DNA of 63,957 nucleotides, filler included, from Thelocarpon superellum (GCA_026025795.1; 3 parts of 3 records of this genome joined end to end with filler, not necessarily neighbours in it); one strand, 5' to 3'; numbered from the whole stretch's first letter, positions 1 to 13,817 are shown. Made by a program: numbers and translations. The notes: generated by a model not told the origin, from the letters alone.

Positions 1-1358
1 AAGGTGCGCGTCCTGCCGGCCCCGCCATGGTCGACCCCACCACTGTGTAGTGGCACCGCTGCAAAAAATCGTCCGTCGCCTGCATCGCCAGACCCGTCAA
101 AACGACGAGTAATCGATTGCCCCGCCGGAGGGTGCGTGTCCGACGCGCCCAGAATAGCGTCGCGGCCACTGGGTGCCTGCGCGTTGCGTAGGTGTGCCTG
201 CGCGTTGCGTAGGTGTGCCGCGGTGGAGGGACCGGGACTAGGATCCAGCTGATCCTCCAGCACCTCCTCCTCAACGAACTGCGGCCGGCCCTGCACACCT
301 GGACCAAGTACCGGGCCAGCAGCCGCATCATCGGTGGCGCGTGAAACCTTAGTTGGACTATGTCTGTCCCTCCCAATCATCGTGTCGCCCCGCCTGCTCA
401 CCCATCTCGTCCGCGTCCACGAGCGTGACGAGCGTGACGAGCGTCATTGCACCCTCTCTACCATCGATTTGGTTCAGGCTGGGCCTAGGAATCGAGGCAA
501 TTGCTGCCATCGCCGCGCACCTTGCCTCAGCTCGACCCGAATGCCTGTGTAGCACACCCATCCATTCATCCATCCCACCACCATCACCACCGCCTCCACC
601 TCCGCCACCCCTGTAGCTCGTCCTCATCCACCTAACCCGGAATGGCTTTGTCCCCCATCGCTACCAATAATCTCTGAGGTTGCGCTGCGCACACGACGCT
701 GCTTCTTATATCCCCGTCCAACCTGTGCAGTGCGCAATCCACGCACAAGACTTTCTCACCCTCCTCCCCTTCGCTCGCCCTTGCATACACCTGTCAACCG
801 TGGGTGCGAGTGGGGACGTGGGCAAGAGTCATCCCCATCTGCCCCGCGCCTTGGATTCTCAGAGGCACTTCGCCCTCACCGGCTCGTTGGGTACGTTGGG
901 TCTCCCGTCCCTGCCAATGCGCCGGAATCGTCGACGGCGCGAGAACCCGGGTGACTAACGCCACTAAGGCCGCTGCCACCGTCGCCGTTCTTGCATCATC
1001 GTGCCGTCGAGAACCGTGGACGTCCCTGCGCCCGTGAACTCTCCATGATCGTCGAGGACTATCGATCTGGTTGTATTTTGGGCGGGCGTAAATGACCCGT
1101 CACATTGGCAACCTTTGGGCCGGCAGGAACGACGCCCGACTCTACGTTTCCGGCTGCCGTCATTGAAATTCTCCGCGTCACACCGGCGACGACCGAGGTC
1201 GCGCGCACTTTCCACCTTTCGCCGGCGCCGACTCCGCCCCTCGCTCCGTCCCCAATCTTGGAGACGGTATCGGTTGCGCCTGCTGGTTCTGGCCCACCGG
1301 AGCTCCCCTAGACGTCGCCGTCACCAACACGGGGCTTACCCAGCTCCGCTCAGACGCT

Positions 1359-2663
1359 ATGTACGTCGCCGGGCCGGAGCACCAACCCCAGCACCACCCT
1401 GTCGTCCCTCCCTCTGGTCCGCTTCCCGTCACTCGCAGTCCTCACAGTCCTCCCGCGTACATGAATACGCCGTCGACGGGTATGATGCCCGCCGGGGCGC
1501 CGCCGCCGTCCACATCGACCATGGACGGCGGCCGGATCTACAGGTGCGTGGGAATCGGGGGGAGGAAGTGTTCCCGTGGCGGGACTGCGCCCAACTGACT
1601 CTGTCACAGCCTCAGCGTGGTTCAACAGCCTGTGCGAGCTCGCATGTGCGGATTCGGAGACAAGGTGAGTTGGTGCTCCAAAAGCCCATGTCCCATCCCC
1701 ATCCCTGGGTCGGGTCGAGGACGCACGAGAAGCTAAGCAGATGGTCGGTAGGACCGTCGGCCAATCACGCCGCCGCCCTGTGTGAGGCTCATCGTCAGGG
1801 ACGCCAAGACCAACAACGAGCTGGATGTCAAGTAGGCTCCTCTCCGTCGGCGCACTTGACGTTGGACTGACATGGCTGCAGCGAGATCAACATGGACTTT
1901 TTCGTCCTGACTGTTGACCTCTGGTCCGCCGACGGCTCCCGCGAAGTCAACCTGGTCCGGCACTCGGCGACGTCCCCCTCCATTTCCACTGCGGTATCGT
2001 CCTCTTATCCCCCACCGCCTCAGACTCCACCTGGATACTCATACCCGCAATCCCAATCACAGTATCAGACATCTTACAGTCAACCTGTACCACTTCCGTC
2101 GCCTCACCATGCTCCAGGTGGACAGGCACCGCCAGGATACTACCATCAACCTCCAGGGGGACTGGCGCCTTCAGGCTACTACGGGCAGTCTGGCCCGTCT
2201 ACCCCAGCCGCCCAGGTTCCGGCTCCATCTGGAATGTTCACTCGTAATTTGATTGGCAGCCTGAGTGCCAGTGCCTTTCGTCTCACTGATCCGGAGAACA
2301 AGCTGGGGGTGTGGTTTATTCTGCAGGATCTGTCGGTCCGCACGGAGGGGACGTTCCGGTACGTGGAGAGTGGCTCGAGCTTGACAGGACCAAGGCCAAG
2401 ACTGACGTCGCGATAGACTCAAGATGAATTTTGTCAACGTTGGCGACGGCAACGCGGCGAATGGGCTCAACACGGGCAGTGCGCCGGTGTTGGCCAGCAC
2501 CTTTAGCGACGTCTTCCAAGTCTTCTCGGCCAAGAAGTTTCCGGGGGTGATTGAGAGCACGAGCCTGAGCAAATGCTTTGCCACGCAAGGGATCAAGATT
2601 CCCATCCGCAAGGATGGGCCGAAGGCGATGAGCAATCGGGAAGAGTACGATAACGATGAATGA
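1359..2663 (+). CDS. velB: Velvet-domain regulator VelB (multi-exon)
   Basis: Spliced translation gives [42 protein letters not shown], a Pro/Gln-rich insert, [35 protein letters not shown] and [31 protein letters not shown]: the split velvet domain typical of VelB; four GT-AG introns. Confidence 0.95.
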
Positions 2664-3182
2664 GATTGAGCTCTTAGTCAGCCTGCGGTTCAGAAAAGAC
2701 GCGACTGAACCAGCGAGGCCAAAATCTCGTCGTTGGACGAGGCAGTGCACATCAAAGAGAAGGAGGTATCAAGGGAAGTCATGATCCCTTCAAGATTTTG
2801 ATGGACGTTGAGGAAGAAAGGAGGGACAAAGGGAAGGCCCGAAGGTATAGGAAGGAACGGAAGAAACGAAAGCACCGGGAGAAGTGCAAGGTGAGGGATT
2901 AACGAAGGAGGACAAGAAGGGATAGGGATGCCGCTGTCATTGTTGGTATTCTGTTTATCCTGTTCTCAACCATGCTCTCATCTCGATAGCTGAGAACAGG
3001 ACAGGAGTCGAAGAGGGAGGATAGGGATTATCTTTCGATGGGAACGGTAGTCATGAGGATGTATGTTGTCTCTTGCTTAGATCGAATGTGGTGACTTGAG
3101 TGGACACTGCATTACGACCGCCATCTGCTATCCGATCAATTGCGTCCTCTATCCGCATCTGATCGGCAAAGAACCACGAACT

Positions 3183-4555
3183 CTACTTCTCCTTCTCCTT
3201 CTCGCTCGGCTTCGGAGCAGATGAGTACGCGGACATGTCATGCCTCTCGCGCTCGGCACGCGGGCCAAGTTCGACCTCGACGTTCCCATTCACAATCTCG
3301 TACGCCCACTTCAGCCCCGCCGTGCTCAACGTCATTAGGATCGCGCTCGTCGCGAATACCATGGCGCGGTACGGAGGCGTCAGTTTCTCGAAGAGCGGGT
3401 ATGGATACCTTCCACCATGCACCATCTCGTTAGCCCTAGCCCTCATATCTTTTTCATTTCTCGCTTCTTCGTCTCTCGCTTGGGAAAGAGAAAGGGAGGG
3501 GAGGGAGGGTAGAGCAGCGTGAGAAGAGCAGCGCGAGTAGAGCAGCGTGGGTAGAGCAGCGTGGGTAGAGTAGAGGAGAGTAGAGGAGAGTAGAGTAGAG
3601 TAGAGAGGGGGAAACACACCATCCATTCTTCGCATGACAGTACTCAACCCACCACCAATACGAAAAGGCCAGAAACCCACTCAACCCCAGCGCAGGAAAC
3701 GTCGTAATTGTCCAAGGTGGCGAGAGCAGGAGCAGGTCCACGCTAAGCAGGATCGCGGGCATGGCGTGGAAGCCAAAGTCTAGATTATGCCGGATATTTC
3801 AGATCATGACTAGGAGGAGAGGCGAACGAAGGTTGGGGACGGTGGGGAGCGGGTTGTGGGTGGGTGTTTAGGTGCATCTACCTGCGAGAGGATCCAGCTC
3901 GACAAATTCCGGAATCACCAGTCGTTTATCAATCTGAGATTTCGTGTTCCGTTAGGATTGTGTTGGTCTCATTTCTCTCGAGGGATAAAGTGTGGATACG
4001 CACCGCTCTTAGTCCCCAATATAAGATGCTGATCAACACCTCCAGCGGCGCACTGCATATTGAAAGGACATTCTTCACGTAGAACAGCCGGATGGATTGG
4101 GTGAGATCGGCCGCGATGCCGACGATGAAGGTCAGAGTCGCGAGACTCAGCCCCAGGATCGTCAAATACTGGAAATGCCATCCGAACGACTCGTTGCTGT
4201 TCTCCGGTGATCTCCCATCAGTGTCCTTTCTATTCCGTCTCCCGGTGCCTGTGGCGCTCGTACATTTGGTTCGGGAAATCATGTAAGCTTCCATCAGTCG
4301 GTCAGTCAGTCAAACCATCATCATCCCCGAATCACGGGTCGCATCGTCCTCTGACTTACTATTTGAAAGAGCTCGCGAAGCTCACTATACCAATCAACTA
4401 CTCCCATTGGTCAACCCCACTCCCAGCTTGGGGTTCAAGCAGGCATCTATCCGACGACTACTCACGTGTACCAACGCTGAGATGCCACGGGAAGGAGACG
4501 TGAGGCGCTGCAAAGGGTGTTTGAGCAACGACATGCCCGTGGTCGTCGAGGCCAT
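3183..4555 (-). CDS. FAR-17a/AIG1-like integral membrane protein (multi-exon)
   Basis: Exons read KHPLQRLTSPSRGISALVH, FGWHFQYLTILGL, SAPLEVLISILYWGL, GFHAMPAILLSVDLLLLSPPW, YWWWVEYCHAKNGW|YPYPLF. FQYLT and YPYPLF are AIG1/FAR-17a hallmarks. Start is ATG 4555 or 4534. Confidence 0.88.
3509..3606. repeat. Intronic simple repeats: imperfect TAGAGCAGCGTGGG copies and a (TAGAG)n tract
   Basis: Directly visible inside the 211-nt intron 3409-3619 of the AIG1-like gene. Confidence 0.85.
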
Positions 4556-7500
4556 GACGGCAAGCCTACGACGATGGCACAGTCGAGGTGGAGGTAGAAT
4601 AAGGAACTGACGGTAAAGTTGTGGTGGGAACGAAAGGGAGAGAGAGCGAGCGACGCGCTCCTAGGTTGAGGTGCAGTTGGCCCGAGCCAATAAGCTCGCT
4701 GCCTGGAACAAGCCAAGCTGCCAAGTTACGACTGGTACGAGAAGCTTAAGTCGGAGCATAACGGAGGGATGCGGCGACGCTCCTCCCGTCTTCGTTCATC
4801 CCATCGCGCCGCCGAGAACGTGTCACGTCTGGTCAGCAGTCAGGTGTGGTAATACAAGCCCGGTGACTCCAAATTTCGGAGGTCGTGTCACAAAGACTCT
4901 TTCTACGATCCACTTCATGGTTGACTGAGCGAACGCCGCTGCGGAGTACTACGTGCAAGTGTGGCGACGCGTACTACTAACGTCAATTTGTGCGAGTACT
5001 CGTCCTCTGCTTCGTTGGCGAACATACTTGTTGTTCGGTAGTCGGCGTGGCGGGCTTCCACCGTTCCGGTGTTGGTAGCGAGCTGCCTGGACAGTGGTTC
5101 GGTCGTCCTTCCGTGCGCTTATCATCTCCTTCTCCCCGCCTCGGCTCTCTGCATATGATCTCCTTGCATCTCCACAACCTGGCTAGCATCAACTCTCGAG
5201 TTGTACATGGTCTTGATCCCTGTAATGCTAACGGTAACGTCTCCATGCATTCAACCATGCTGTGCACGGATGCTCGTGCAGAACAAAGTGCTCTGTCCAC
5301 CGCGCTTTAACTTTTACGACTCCGTCAGCCGTTCGCGTCACTCATCCACTACGTCGGGGTGCCAAGTTGTTCCTTGATCCACGCTTCCGTGGCTTCCTCC
5401 AGCTCCGTCGTCTCCAGCTTCGTCGCGATCTTTACTTCATACGCTCGCTCGGCCGTCACAAACGCCGTATTCTTCCTGCATATACCATGTGGTCCTTGGA
5501 TTTCGAAGCCTCCGGGAAGCTGTAGATGAACGTGATCGATGCGATTCCCGAGCCAGAATGGTCATGTTTGAAGAAGTTGTACCCTGGCTCGCCCACCGAC
5601 ATGGCCGAAGCCGGATCGTAAACGTGAATATTGGGGGTCGAAGCAAATTGAATGGTCTCTTGAGGGATGTCGATGCTCTGTTATTATCATGAGCTAGTCG
5701 TCCACCTTACATGTCCTCTTCAGATGTAACGCCTACCAGTTGGACCCAATTTCGTCCTTTCACTTCCATCTGATATTCCCGAGCATCTACCGCCTGCTCG
5801 ACGAAGGGAGACCCGGGCTTCTGGCTCTTTGCTCGTCCAGCCATCGAATCCGGTATCGTGCGCTGTTCGGCAAGTAGTGTAAGGTGGAAGCGTTCTTGAC
5901 CGTGACAACGGCGATAGCGGCGAGCACTTGTCATCTACAGTTGACGAACAATAGCTGAGGATTGGTTACGTTCAAGATGTGGGCCCCAGGCACCAAGAGC
6001 AAGGGTCTCCACGCCGAGTTTACACGGCGGCCTGCCGGGCATCAGAGTATGTGACCCATGATGGGGACTATCGCTTCGTCCGACGACCATGTCAGAGTAT
6101 CCTTCCTTACTCGTGCTTACATAATCTGATGCAACCGATACCGACCGCCCGAGTAATCTCTCGCCAAGTCTCTCGGCAATGACGATGTTGGATCGCCTCC
6201 TCGTCTCTGACGCGTGCCATCGGTTTCTCGTTATGGATGTCCACTCGTCGTGGGCATAATCCCCTGCAAGGCTGCAAGGATGATTCTCCTCATGGTCTTT
6301 GTTGTCGGGACATGACGCTCCACATCCCTCCCCTTCCCCCACGTCCAAAAGCCGACCAAATGAGGCACGTGCTCGTATTGTGCCGTTCGTGGTGCCCCTT
6401 GTCGTCACAGCGGGAATGAAACAAGTTTAACAATTGCTACCATACTGGTGGTAGCAGAATCTCTCGTCTCCTAGCGGGGGGGCGTCAGGAACCTGTCCGT
6501 TTGCGGTAGTAGAACGCGCACCTTACTGCAGGTCGCAACGCTCGAGTAGAAGATTCGGAAATGGACTGATGTCAAGCAGCATCGCTAAACTTGGCCCGTA
6601 TTTTCCTGCAAAGCCTACGAGCGACATGGCGGGTTATCATTTATCTCGCTCCGCGTTGTCCCGCGCTTACGCGCAGACCTGGGGGCGGGGGTTGGGGGAT
6701 CCCGAATTCGCTAGATGTCGTGACCAGTGCACGGGCCATGGTATCGGGTCCCCCTGCTGGGCCCGTCAACCAGGGCCAATCACCGGAGCCATCTACGTGG
6801 CCGCTGGGCCACGCCGCCGTCGCGCTCGGGCTAGCTGGGGCAGCCAGCCTCAATTCTCCTAATGTAATGAGATCCCTTCGTAGTCTACTCTGAACGGGTG
6901 ATGAATTCGGATCATTATGTGGCGACGCTGATCAGCCATGTGGAAACGCCACCCTACCCGCCTCCTCACTGGTTCGCTCGTATCTCCAGGTCGATGGTGT
7001 CTTTTCCTCCAAGCCAACATTCTGCCCGGTGTCTGTACTAGAGGGGGACGGCCTCGAATCCGATCGCCTTGAATTCTGCGCTAGGCGGACTCGCGAATCC
7101 GTGAGGCGGGAGGCCAGGCGGCGACGTCTCTTCTACTAGTCCTCTTCCGACCGTCGTCGCTGCTACATCCTGCACCCGATGGTGCTGAGCTCGATCAACG
7201 ACCCATTCCATTGTCTGGGAGCGCCCGATGTCAAATATGAGGCGCCAGGCCGGCCGAAGGAAATGCGACGGCGATACCATGAATGAGGGAGGGGGGAAAG
7301 ACTTGAGGAGTATGAGATAGGGATACAGATGATCTGCACATGTACGAAGATACGAGCCACATCCTGCAATTTTGCAGCGTTCTTGATTCAAAGGTAGTCG
7401 ATAACATGCTGAAGGATGCTTCGTATTGAGGGACGCGTACTCATGCATGCTCAAGTACACATACTCGTTGAGACAAGAGCGGCAACTTCACCTGAGCCGA

Positions 7501-8752
7501 ACCGCGCCGTGTGCATGGTCCGGCAGACGCTAGACACCCGGATGCGTCCCTAATGTCCCTCCCGCTCCCCCTCCACCTTCCCCCCCTTTGACATCGGAGA
7601 ATTACGCCTTCAATCTAGTTAGGTCGCGACGACTAGCGGCCGACCAGCGGAGTAGGCTGCCGCCCTTTACGTGGGCTGATAGCCCCGGGAGCGGCGATCG
7701 CCATTTACCAGAGATCGAGGTACTACATGCACGTGTTGGGCTAGAAAGAGCGGCAGCGCTGGAAGAGATGGCCCAGAGCTGTCATGCCCTCTGAGTCGTC
7801 AACTCAGGCTGCGACATGGCAGTACCATAAGCTGTGGCCCAGAGACTCCGTGCTGACCGCTTGCCGCCCCTCACCGTTCGCTGCGCTAGGCAGAAGTTTG
7901 TCCTATAGGCGCGGCAACTATAGCCCTTATCGTATACTCGTGAGAGCACTCGGGCTAAAATGCCGGCCCAGTATAGCCCCCAAGTGCGAGACGACTAGGA
8001 CATCATTTTCGCCGAGACGGCTCCGGCAGCCATAGTAAGCGGTGTTAGCCCTTACCTAAGGCCTATAGTTCCCCCGCTATTATAGAGGATGAAGTAAGGT
8101 TTGACGTCCCAGGCTATCTGACCACGATCGGCCAGGATCCTCTCGACGCCTGCCATGAACGCCATCAGGAGCGAGCGTTCCGCTCGTTCCATGCATTTGC
8201 GGCCCTCACGAGGCATGATCAAGCCTCTTCTCCGCATTCATTGGTCTTGCACCGCGCACCGTGCCCCGCCTCGGCAGCCAGATGAGCCGCTCCTCGACCA
8301 TCGCTGCAGGCCCCTTACGCTACCCGGTGCCGGCACCCTGCGGTCCCAACGCCCGGCCGCGTGCCTCCGCGCTGCCCAACCGGCGGCGGAGGGTGATGCC
8401 CTACCAGGATCTGCTGGCCGAGGGTATCGCGCGCGATGCGGCCTGACTAGCGATCGTGCCTGTTGGACGCCGGCGCGGTCTTCGTCGGCACCAGGGATCA
8501 TGAGCCAGCAGACGTGAAGTTGCAAGCTCGACCCAGATGGATCAAGCGACGGCGTAAAGAGGCAAAGAGGGCCCAAGCTTAGGTGTGGACGTGGACCCGA
8601 CGTGCCGGTGCTCGCCTATAGAATCTTGCCCCGCCCACCCCGACGGACGAGCGCTCCATCACTGGCATCTTGGCTGCCTCTTCCTTCTGCTTGTCGCGAT
8701 CGGTCGAACCCCCCTGTCAGCTGTCAGGGCCATCGGCCGTCAGATCGTCACG

Positions 8753-10101
8753 ATGTTGGACTCGAGCTCGCAGACGGCCATTGCCATGACCTTCTGCGCC
8801 TTTTCGACCATCATCGTCGCCGCGCGGCTGCTGATCCGCTTATTCCTTGTGCACAACCCCGGACCGGACGACTTTTTCATCGTCGTGGCGTGGGTGAGCG
8901 GTGCTTGCGCTTCACCGTCGAGGAGCACGCGCTGACCGGGTCACTGTCAGGTGTTTGCCGTGACCTTTTCTGTCTACATTCCCATCCGTAGGGAAGCCGT
9001 GGGTATCGTCCGTTGGATCGCGGCTGACGTGGCTCCAGAAATCTCGTACGGGATGGGCAAACCAGCGTCGACCCTGACCCGTGAGCAATATCGAGACTAC
9101 CTCGAGGTGTGTAAAGGTGGCGGCGTCGCCGTGATGGGGGTGGCGCTGACGCAAGGCAGCATTTCTACCCTACGGTGATCATGTACACCATCTCCATCAA
9201 CGTGACCAAGGTCTCGATTCTCCAGCAATACCTGCGCTTCCTGGTCAAGAAACCCATCCGTCGGGCTTGCTGGGCACTGATGTGGCTCGTCGTCCTCTAT
9301 GCCACCATCTCGGTCAATCTGTGTATCTTCACCTGCACGCCCGTTTCCTACTTCTGGACCCAAGCTGTCGATACGAGCGGGGGTCATTGCATGAACGAAT
9401 TAGGGCTTTGGCTGGCCAATGCCTTCTTCAACATCATCTCCGACATTGCCATCTTGGTGCTTCCCATGAAGGCATTGTACCAGATCCACCTCCCTCGGCG
9501 GCAAAAGTTGGCGTTGATCGTAGTCTTTGCCATGGGATTCATGTGAGTGCTGTTTCGAAGGCCGAGCCGGGTCTGGCCCACGGACTGACCGAGCGCTCAG
9601 TGTCTGCTGCATCAGCTTGTATCGGCTCCAGAGCATCTTCAGTGTTTCCAACTCGCCGAACGTCACCGGTATCTCTCCTCTCGCGCCCGGGTGTCTCTTT
9701 TCCTCGCTGACGTGGCTGTGACAGAATCCAATGTAGTCGCCGCGATCATGTCCACCGTGGAGTCGCACGTGGCCATCATCTGCGCGTCGCTGCCCGCCTT
9801 GCGTCCGCTGGTATCGAAGCTCATCCCGGGCGCGTCGATGGGCGGAAGTAACGGGGGGTCGCACAGCGCCACCCGTCATTCTCGAGCCGTTGGCGCTCAT
9901 CACATTCGCTACAGCGGCGCTGGTATGCCGGGCGGGTGGTCGGCCTACCCGCTTGGCAGTGTGCAGGCCAAGTCGGACGCCGTCCATTTCGACCACGAGG
10001 TCGAAGAGGGCCGCATCAAGGTGGTGACGGTCATGGCGCAGGAGACGGGCACGAGACCCTCGGGCCGCGCCAACAGTGATGAGAATGTCCTGATTGACTG
10101 A
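8753..10101 (+). CDS. PTH11-like / fungal rhodopsin-domain multi-pass membrane protein without CFEM (multi-exon)
   Basis: ARLLIR..GPDDFFIVVAW, YGMGK, TKVSILQQYLRF, FTCTPVSYFW, NIISDIAILVLPM..L..IHLPRRQKLAL..VFAMG, ESHVAIICASLPALRPL: diagnostic motifs of the PTH11-related family. Confidence 0.9.
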
Positions 10102-11759
10102 TGACGAGGCGAATGGGTTGGTTTCGGTATCCGCGGTTTTGGTACCAGCGGCATACCCGTACCTGGGGGGGGGCGGGAGCACGGGCAAATGGGGGTACGG
10201 TTGGCTCTCTCGGAAGGACTGCTGGTGCGTTGGGGGATATGTCGGGTGGGACCTGACCTGTATCACGAGGCTGGGGCGTGATGAGGCGTGCTCGCACGGC
10301 ATGTACATACCCTGTCAGGGACTGGCAGGTGGAAAGTGCAGGGGCGTTTGTGGCGGCACATTGGCGAGGTGCAGGACAGAGCCGGGGGAGCTTGGCAGCT
10401 AAAAAGCGCTGGGCCTTTTTCAGACCAGCGGGGCAGTTGACTGCCCGGTAACTAACTAACTAATATCCTAGTCGACTATTCCGAAGCAATGCCTCTGTAC
10501 CATATCGCTTCGACGTCCGCGCTCTGACCTCGGTGCTGGTGGCTTCGTGCTAGTTGAGCCAAACGCCACACTCGCGTCTCTACTCGTAAACTTGATGGCA
10601 TGAAGTTGGCTGTATGGTCACTTATCCCAGGTCCATTACGTGGTGCGATGAGTGGGCCCAGCAGGGGTTTGTAGCGATGGCCACCATGCGGTTGTCTGAC
10701 AAGCCGACTGTGGGTGATGAGCGCCGACGCGCGAGCACCTTTAGCGGTCACGTCCTGGCCGTGGAATCGCTAGGAGCAGGGAGGCGGGCGTCAAGTAGGG
10801 AGCGCACTAGAATAGACGACTCAGTGACCCTGGATAGGTCAGGGCAGGGCGCACGCCACCAACGCTACAAGCGCCTGGTCACCTCCATCCGCCAAGGCAG
10901 CGACTGCTGTAGGACTATGTTAGTCGTAGCATAGCTCTTGAACAATGAGATTGTTCCACAAGTATCATGCCTGCCCAGGCACTGGACATCACCTCGCGGA
11001 ATACGCGACATCGCTTGGCTCTGGTCTTGCTTTGCATCTTTGTTTGCCCCGGTCCCTCCGTCGGTACATACTTGGCACTTGCATGAATGCACGAAAATAT
11101 TCAACGCGGCAAGTCAGTCTGTTCTCCGCTCGACGTAACTTACGATGAGACACATAGCGCATAGAGCCTCATCGTGCCTGAAATGGGATATGAAGAGGAG
11201 GCCGACGAGAAGAGGAAATTGCACGTTGCACTTTGTTTCCATCGTTCTTGGTAGATGTGGCCACGCCCTCCCTCGATATCGAGATGCGGGCATGGTAGTC
11301 AACGGATAAGTCTGAATTCGCACAATTCAGCCTCGGTCGTCGCCCACCAACTTCCAGTGTAGTCCGGTCAGGCTCCGCCAAGTCTACCCAAGCGAAGAAA
11401 CGTCAGTCTTCCTCGGATCTGGACTGCGGTTCCTTTCTTTCCCCAACAGTCTGGCTGGCGGCCGGGGTTCCTCCAAAAGACGGATGTAACCTCGAGAGAT
11501 TGAGCTGCCAGGTGAGGGGGAGGGAGACTGCCAGCGCACGCGACTGACCCTGGTTGCACGTGTTCAGCCATTTACTGCAGCTTCTAAGGGCGATTAGTTG
11601 TCGAGCCCTGCCGTTCTCCTCTCCGAGGACATGTGCAAATTCAATCATAGCGATGTTTGACGACGACGACGACATATCCGCCAGGAGCATCCTCTCCAGC
11701 ATAGCGGCACAGCTTACACCCACCCACCCACACGCTCTCTCTAGAGTAGTCTCTCATGC

Positions 11760-11811
11760 ATAGTGTAGGAGCGCGCACGTGATCTGGTCACGTGCCCACT
11801 CCTATCACTAT
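11760..11811. repeat. 52-bp imperfect palindrome with two CACGTG; possible collapsed TIR/MITE remnant
   Basis: ATAGTG-TAGGAGCGCGCACGTGA TCTGG TCACGTGCCCACTCCTATCACTAT: the arms are reverse-complementary with 2 mismatches and 1 gap. Confidence 0.7.
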
Positions 11812-12270
11812 CCCGACTACGCGTAGATTAGCAATTCAGCTCTGATTCCTACAATAGTCACTTTACTTCGACGTAGCCCCTATATGCTGGCTTGGCCCTT
11901 TCATGTTTTTATAACAGCCAGCTAGGTAGCCTCTGAGGTATCTCACCGCCTCACCACGTTTCGGTCCGTGCCCCGCAGAGCGTCTTATAGCTTAGATCTG
12001 CTAGAGATGAAGTTCTTGTGCTCCTCTCCAAGGAGACATCGCGTCAAAGAGGAGCAACTGCGAGAAAGAAACGTGAAACGCGAAACGTGAAAGAAAACAA
12101 ACAAACGTCCTCTATCCTACCATGCATATGCACAACATGCTGCTGCGCCATCGCCCATAATCTTCAATCCCCTAAACCCATGGCTCCGCGGTCCGTCCAA
12201 ACTTCGCTTCCACAGTGTAACCATCGAGAAGGAAGAAAAAAGCCAAACGGCAGATGGACCGGGACAAAGA

Positions 12271-13817
12271 TCAGAAAAATAGCACAATCTCGCCTCGGTC
12301 GTTCTTCCGGAGCCGTAGCGTCTTCCACAACTCCTTCTCCTCCTCGCCCTTGCCGAGGCCAAGGCCAATGTCGCTTCGTTCGCGGTGATATCGTTTCATC
12401 ACCTTGTTGAGACTGCATCCCTTGGAGCTTTCGGGCCCCTTGTTGATAAAGGACATGAACAGTTCGGCGCGCGTCTGGTACAAGACCAGTTGATTTGGCG
12501 GCGCAGCCGCTCCGTCCTCGGGTCGGTACTCGATCGCTTTAACTTTCTGCGACGGCCGCTCCGGGTCGCTGTGACGATGTCGGTGCTTACGACGGTGCTT
12601 GCGTGGCCGCGCCGCCTCCTCGGAATTGGACGAGGTCTTCCTCGTGGATACTAGGGCCATGATGGGGTTGGCCACTCGCTCCTTCTCGGCGCGTGAATGC
12701 TTGGACCGCTTGATCGGGCTGTTGGGCGAGGGTTGGTTGCCATCACCTCCGGAGTAATCGGGCGACGGGGGATAGTCGGAGGGTCGTGACGACAGCAGTC
12801 GTGTCAGACCACCCGTCAGGCCGGAGTGGAGCTCGGGTGGGGCGTCCGTCATAACCTCGTCTCGCTCCAAGCCACGGGGTCGGGCATTGGTCAAGTCCAG
12901 ATCATCAATGTGTACCCGCTTGCGCTTGTTATCCTTCTTGTGGTCGCGGCGCCGGTCATCTTCCTGACGTCGCCGACGTTCGCGGTCCCGCTCACGATCT
13001 CGTTCTCGATAAGGTGCCGGGGTCGTGTACGCGATGTCGTCCTCGATCATGGTCGGCACCGGACCCTCGCCGTAGTGGAAACCGTTCTCGCCATATCGAC
13101 TCTCACCAAAAGTCTCTTTACTGGCATTGAGCGTCGCCATATCGTGGAGGCTGCGACTCGCCTCGAAGACGGCGGGGGCATCTTGCACCATCTTCATAGG
13201 TTCAGGTGGAGGCAGGGCGGCGACGGAGGCATTCGGAGTATCCTCCGACACGAGGAAATCAAAAACGTTGACTTCGGCCGCGGGGGGTGGGGACGGGGCG
13301 CGGGGAGGGGCATCCGCGACCCCGAAGCCGTTGGCCTCCGGATCCGGCGCGTCTTCAACGTAGGCCTTCTTGGGCACGACGGGGTCTGGGCCGTCGTGCT
13401 TGGACGACCTCGACTTGCCCTTCTTCTCCGCGTCGGCTCGATAGGCGGGGCCTTGGTACTTCTGTGCCTCGGTGACGCAGCTCTGCGGGACGTGTCAGTG
13501 GCAGTGGTCGGGCAGACAGCGATGACGACAATGACAGGCTAGCAGACGCGGCAGTTGACGTCCTTCGCCGCGCCGTGGTAGCAGAGGCGCACGAACCGTG
13601 TGAGTGCGATAGTCGGTGCCCCGGAAATGATGCATGCAGTCGAGACAGGTGAAGGAGGCGCCACGACATTGGTTTCGGTGGACGTCGACTTTCTTTTTAG
13701 TTACCACGTCGTTGCAGTTCTGTCGTGGCCAAGCCAGAGGCTGGTTAGCATGAGGGGATTCCCATCGGACTAGCGAGGCGCTCTGAGGCTATTCACCTCG
13801 CACGAGAAGGAGACCAT
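12271..13817 (-). CDS. LYAR-type C2HC zinc-finger nucleolar protein (cell growth-regulating nucleolar protein-like)
   Basis: MVSFSCE|NCNDVVTKKKVDVHRNQCRGASFTCLDCMHHFRGTDYRTHT|SCVTEAQKYQG is the zf-LYAR signature, followed by a long low-complexity, basic C-terminus (ORF 12271-13377). Confidence 0.92.

Noticed and set aside
173..214. 21-bp tandem duplication (and CGAGCGTGA x3 at ~420-446) upstream of velB
   Set aside because: Short slippage-type repeats with no further structure; function unsupported.
9400..10308. 302-aa minus-strand ORF and similar long antisense or alternate-frame ORFs (12826-13542, 37990-38961, 39183-40046, 54582-55187)
   Set aside because: Shadows of real genes in GC-rich coding DNA; no motifs of their own.
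10900..11723. Faint HET-domain-like words (KWLNTC, YLWNNLIVQ) on the minus strand
   Set aside because: Isolated words in different frames without the ALSY.WG core; not supportable.
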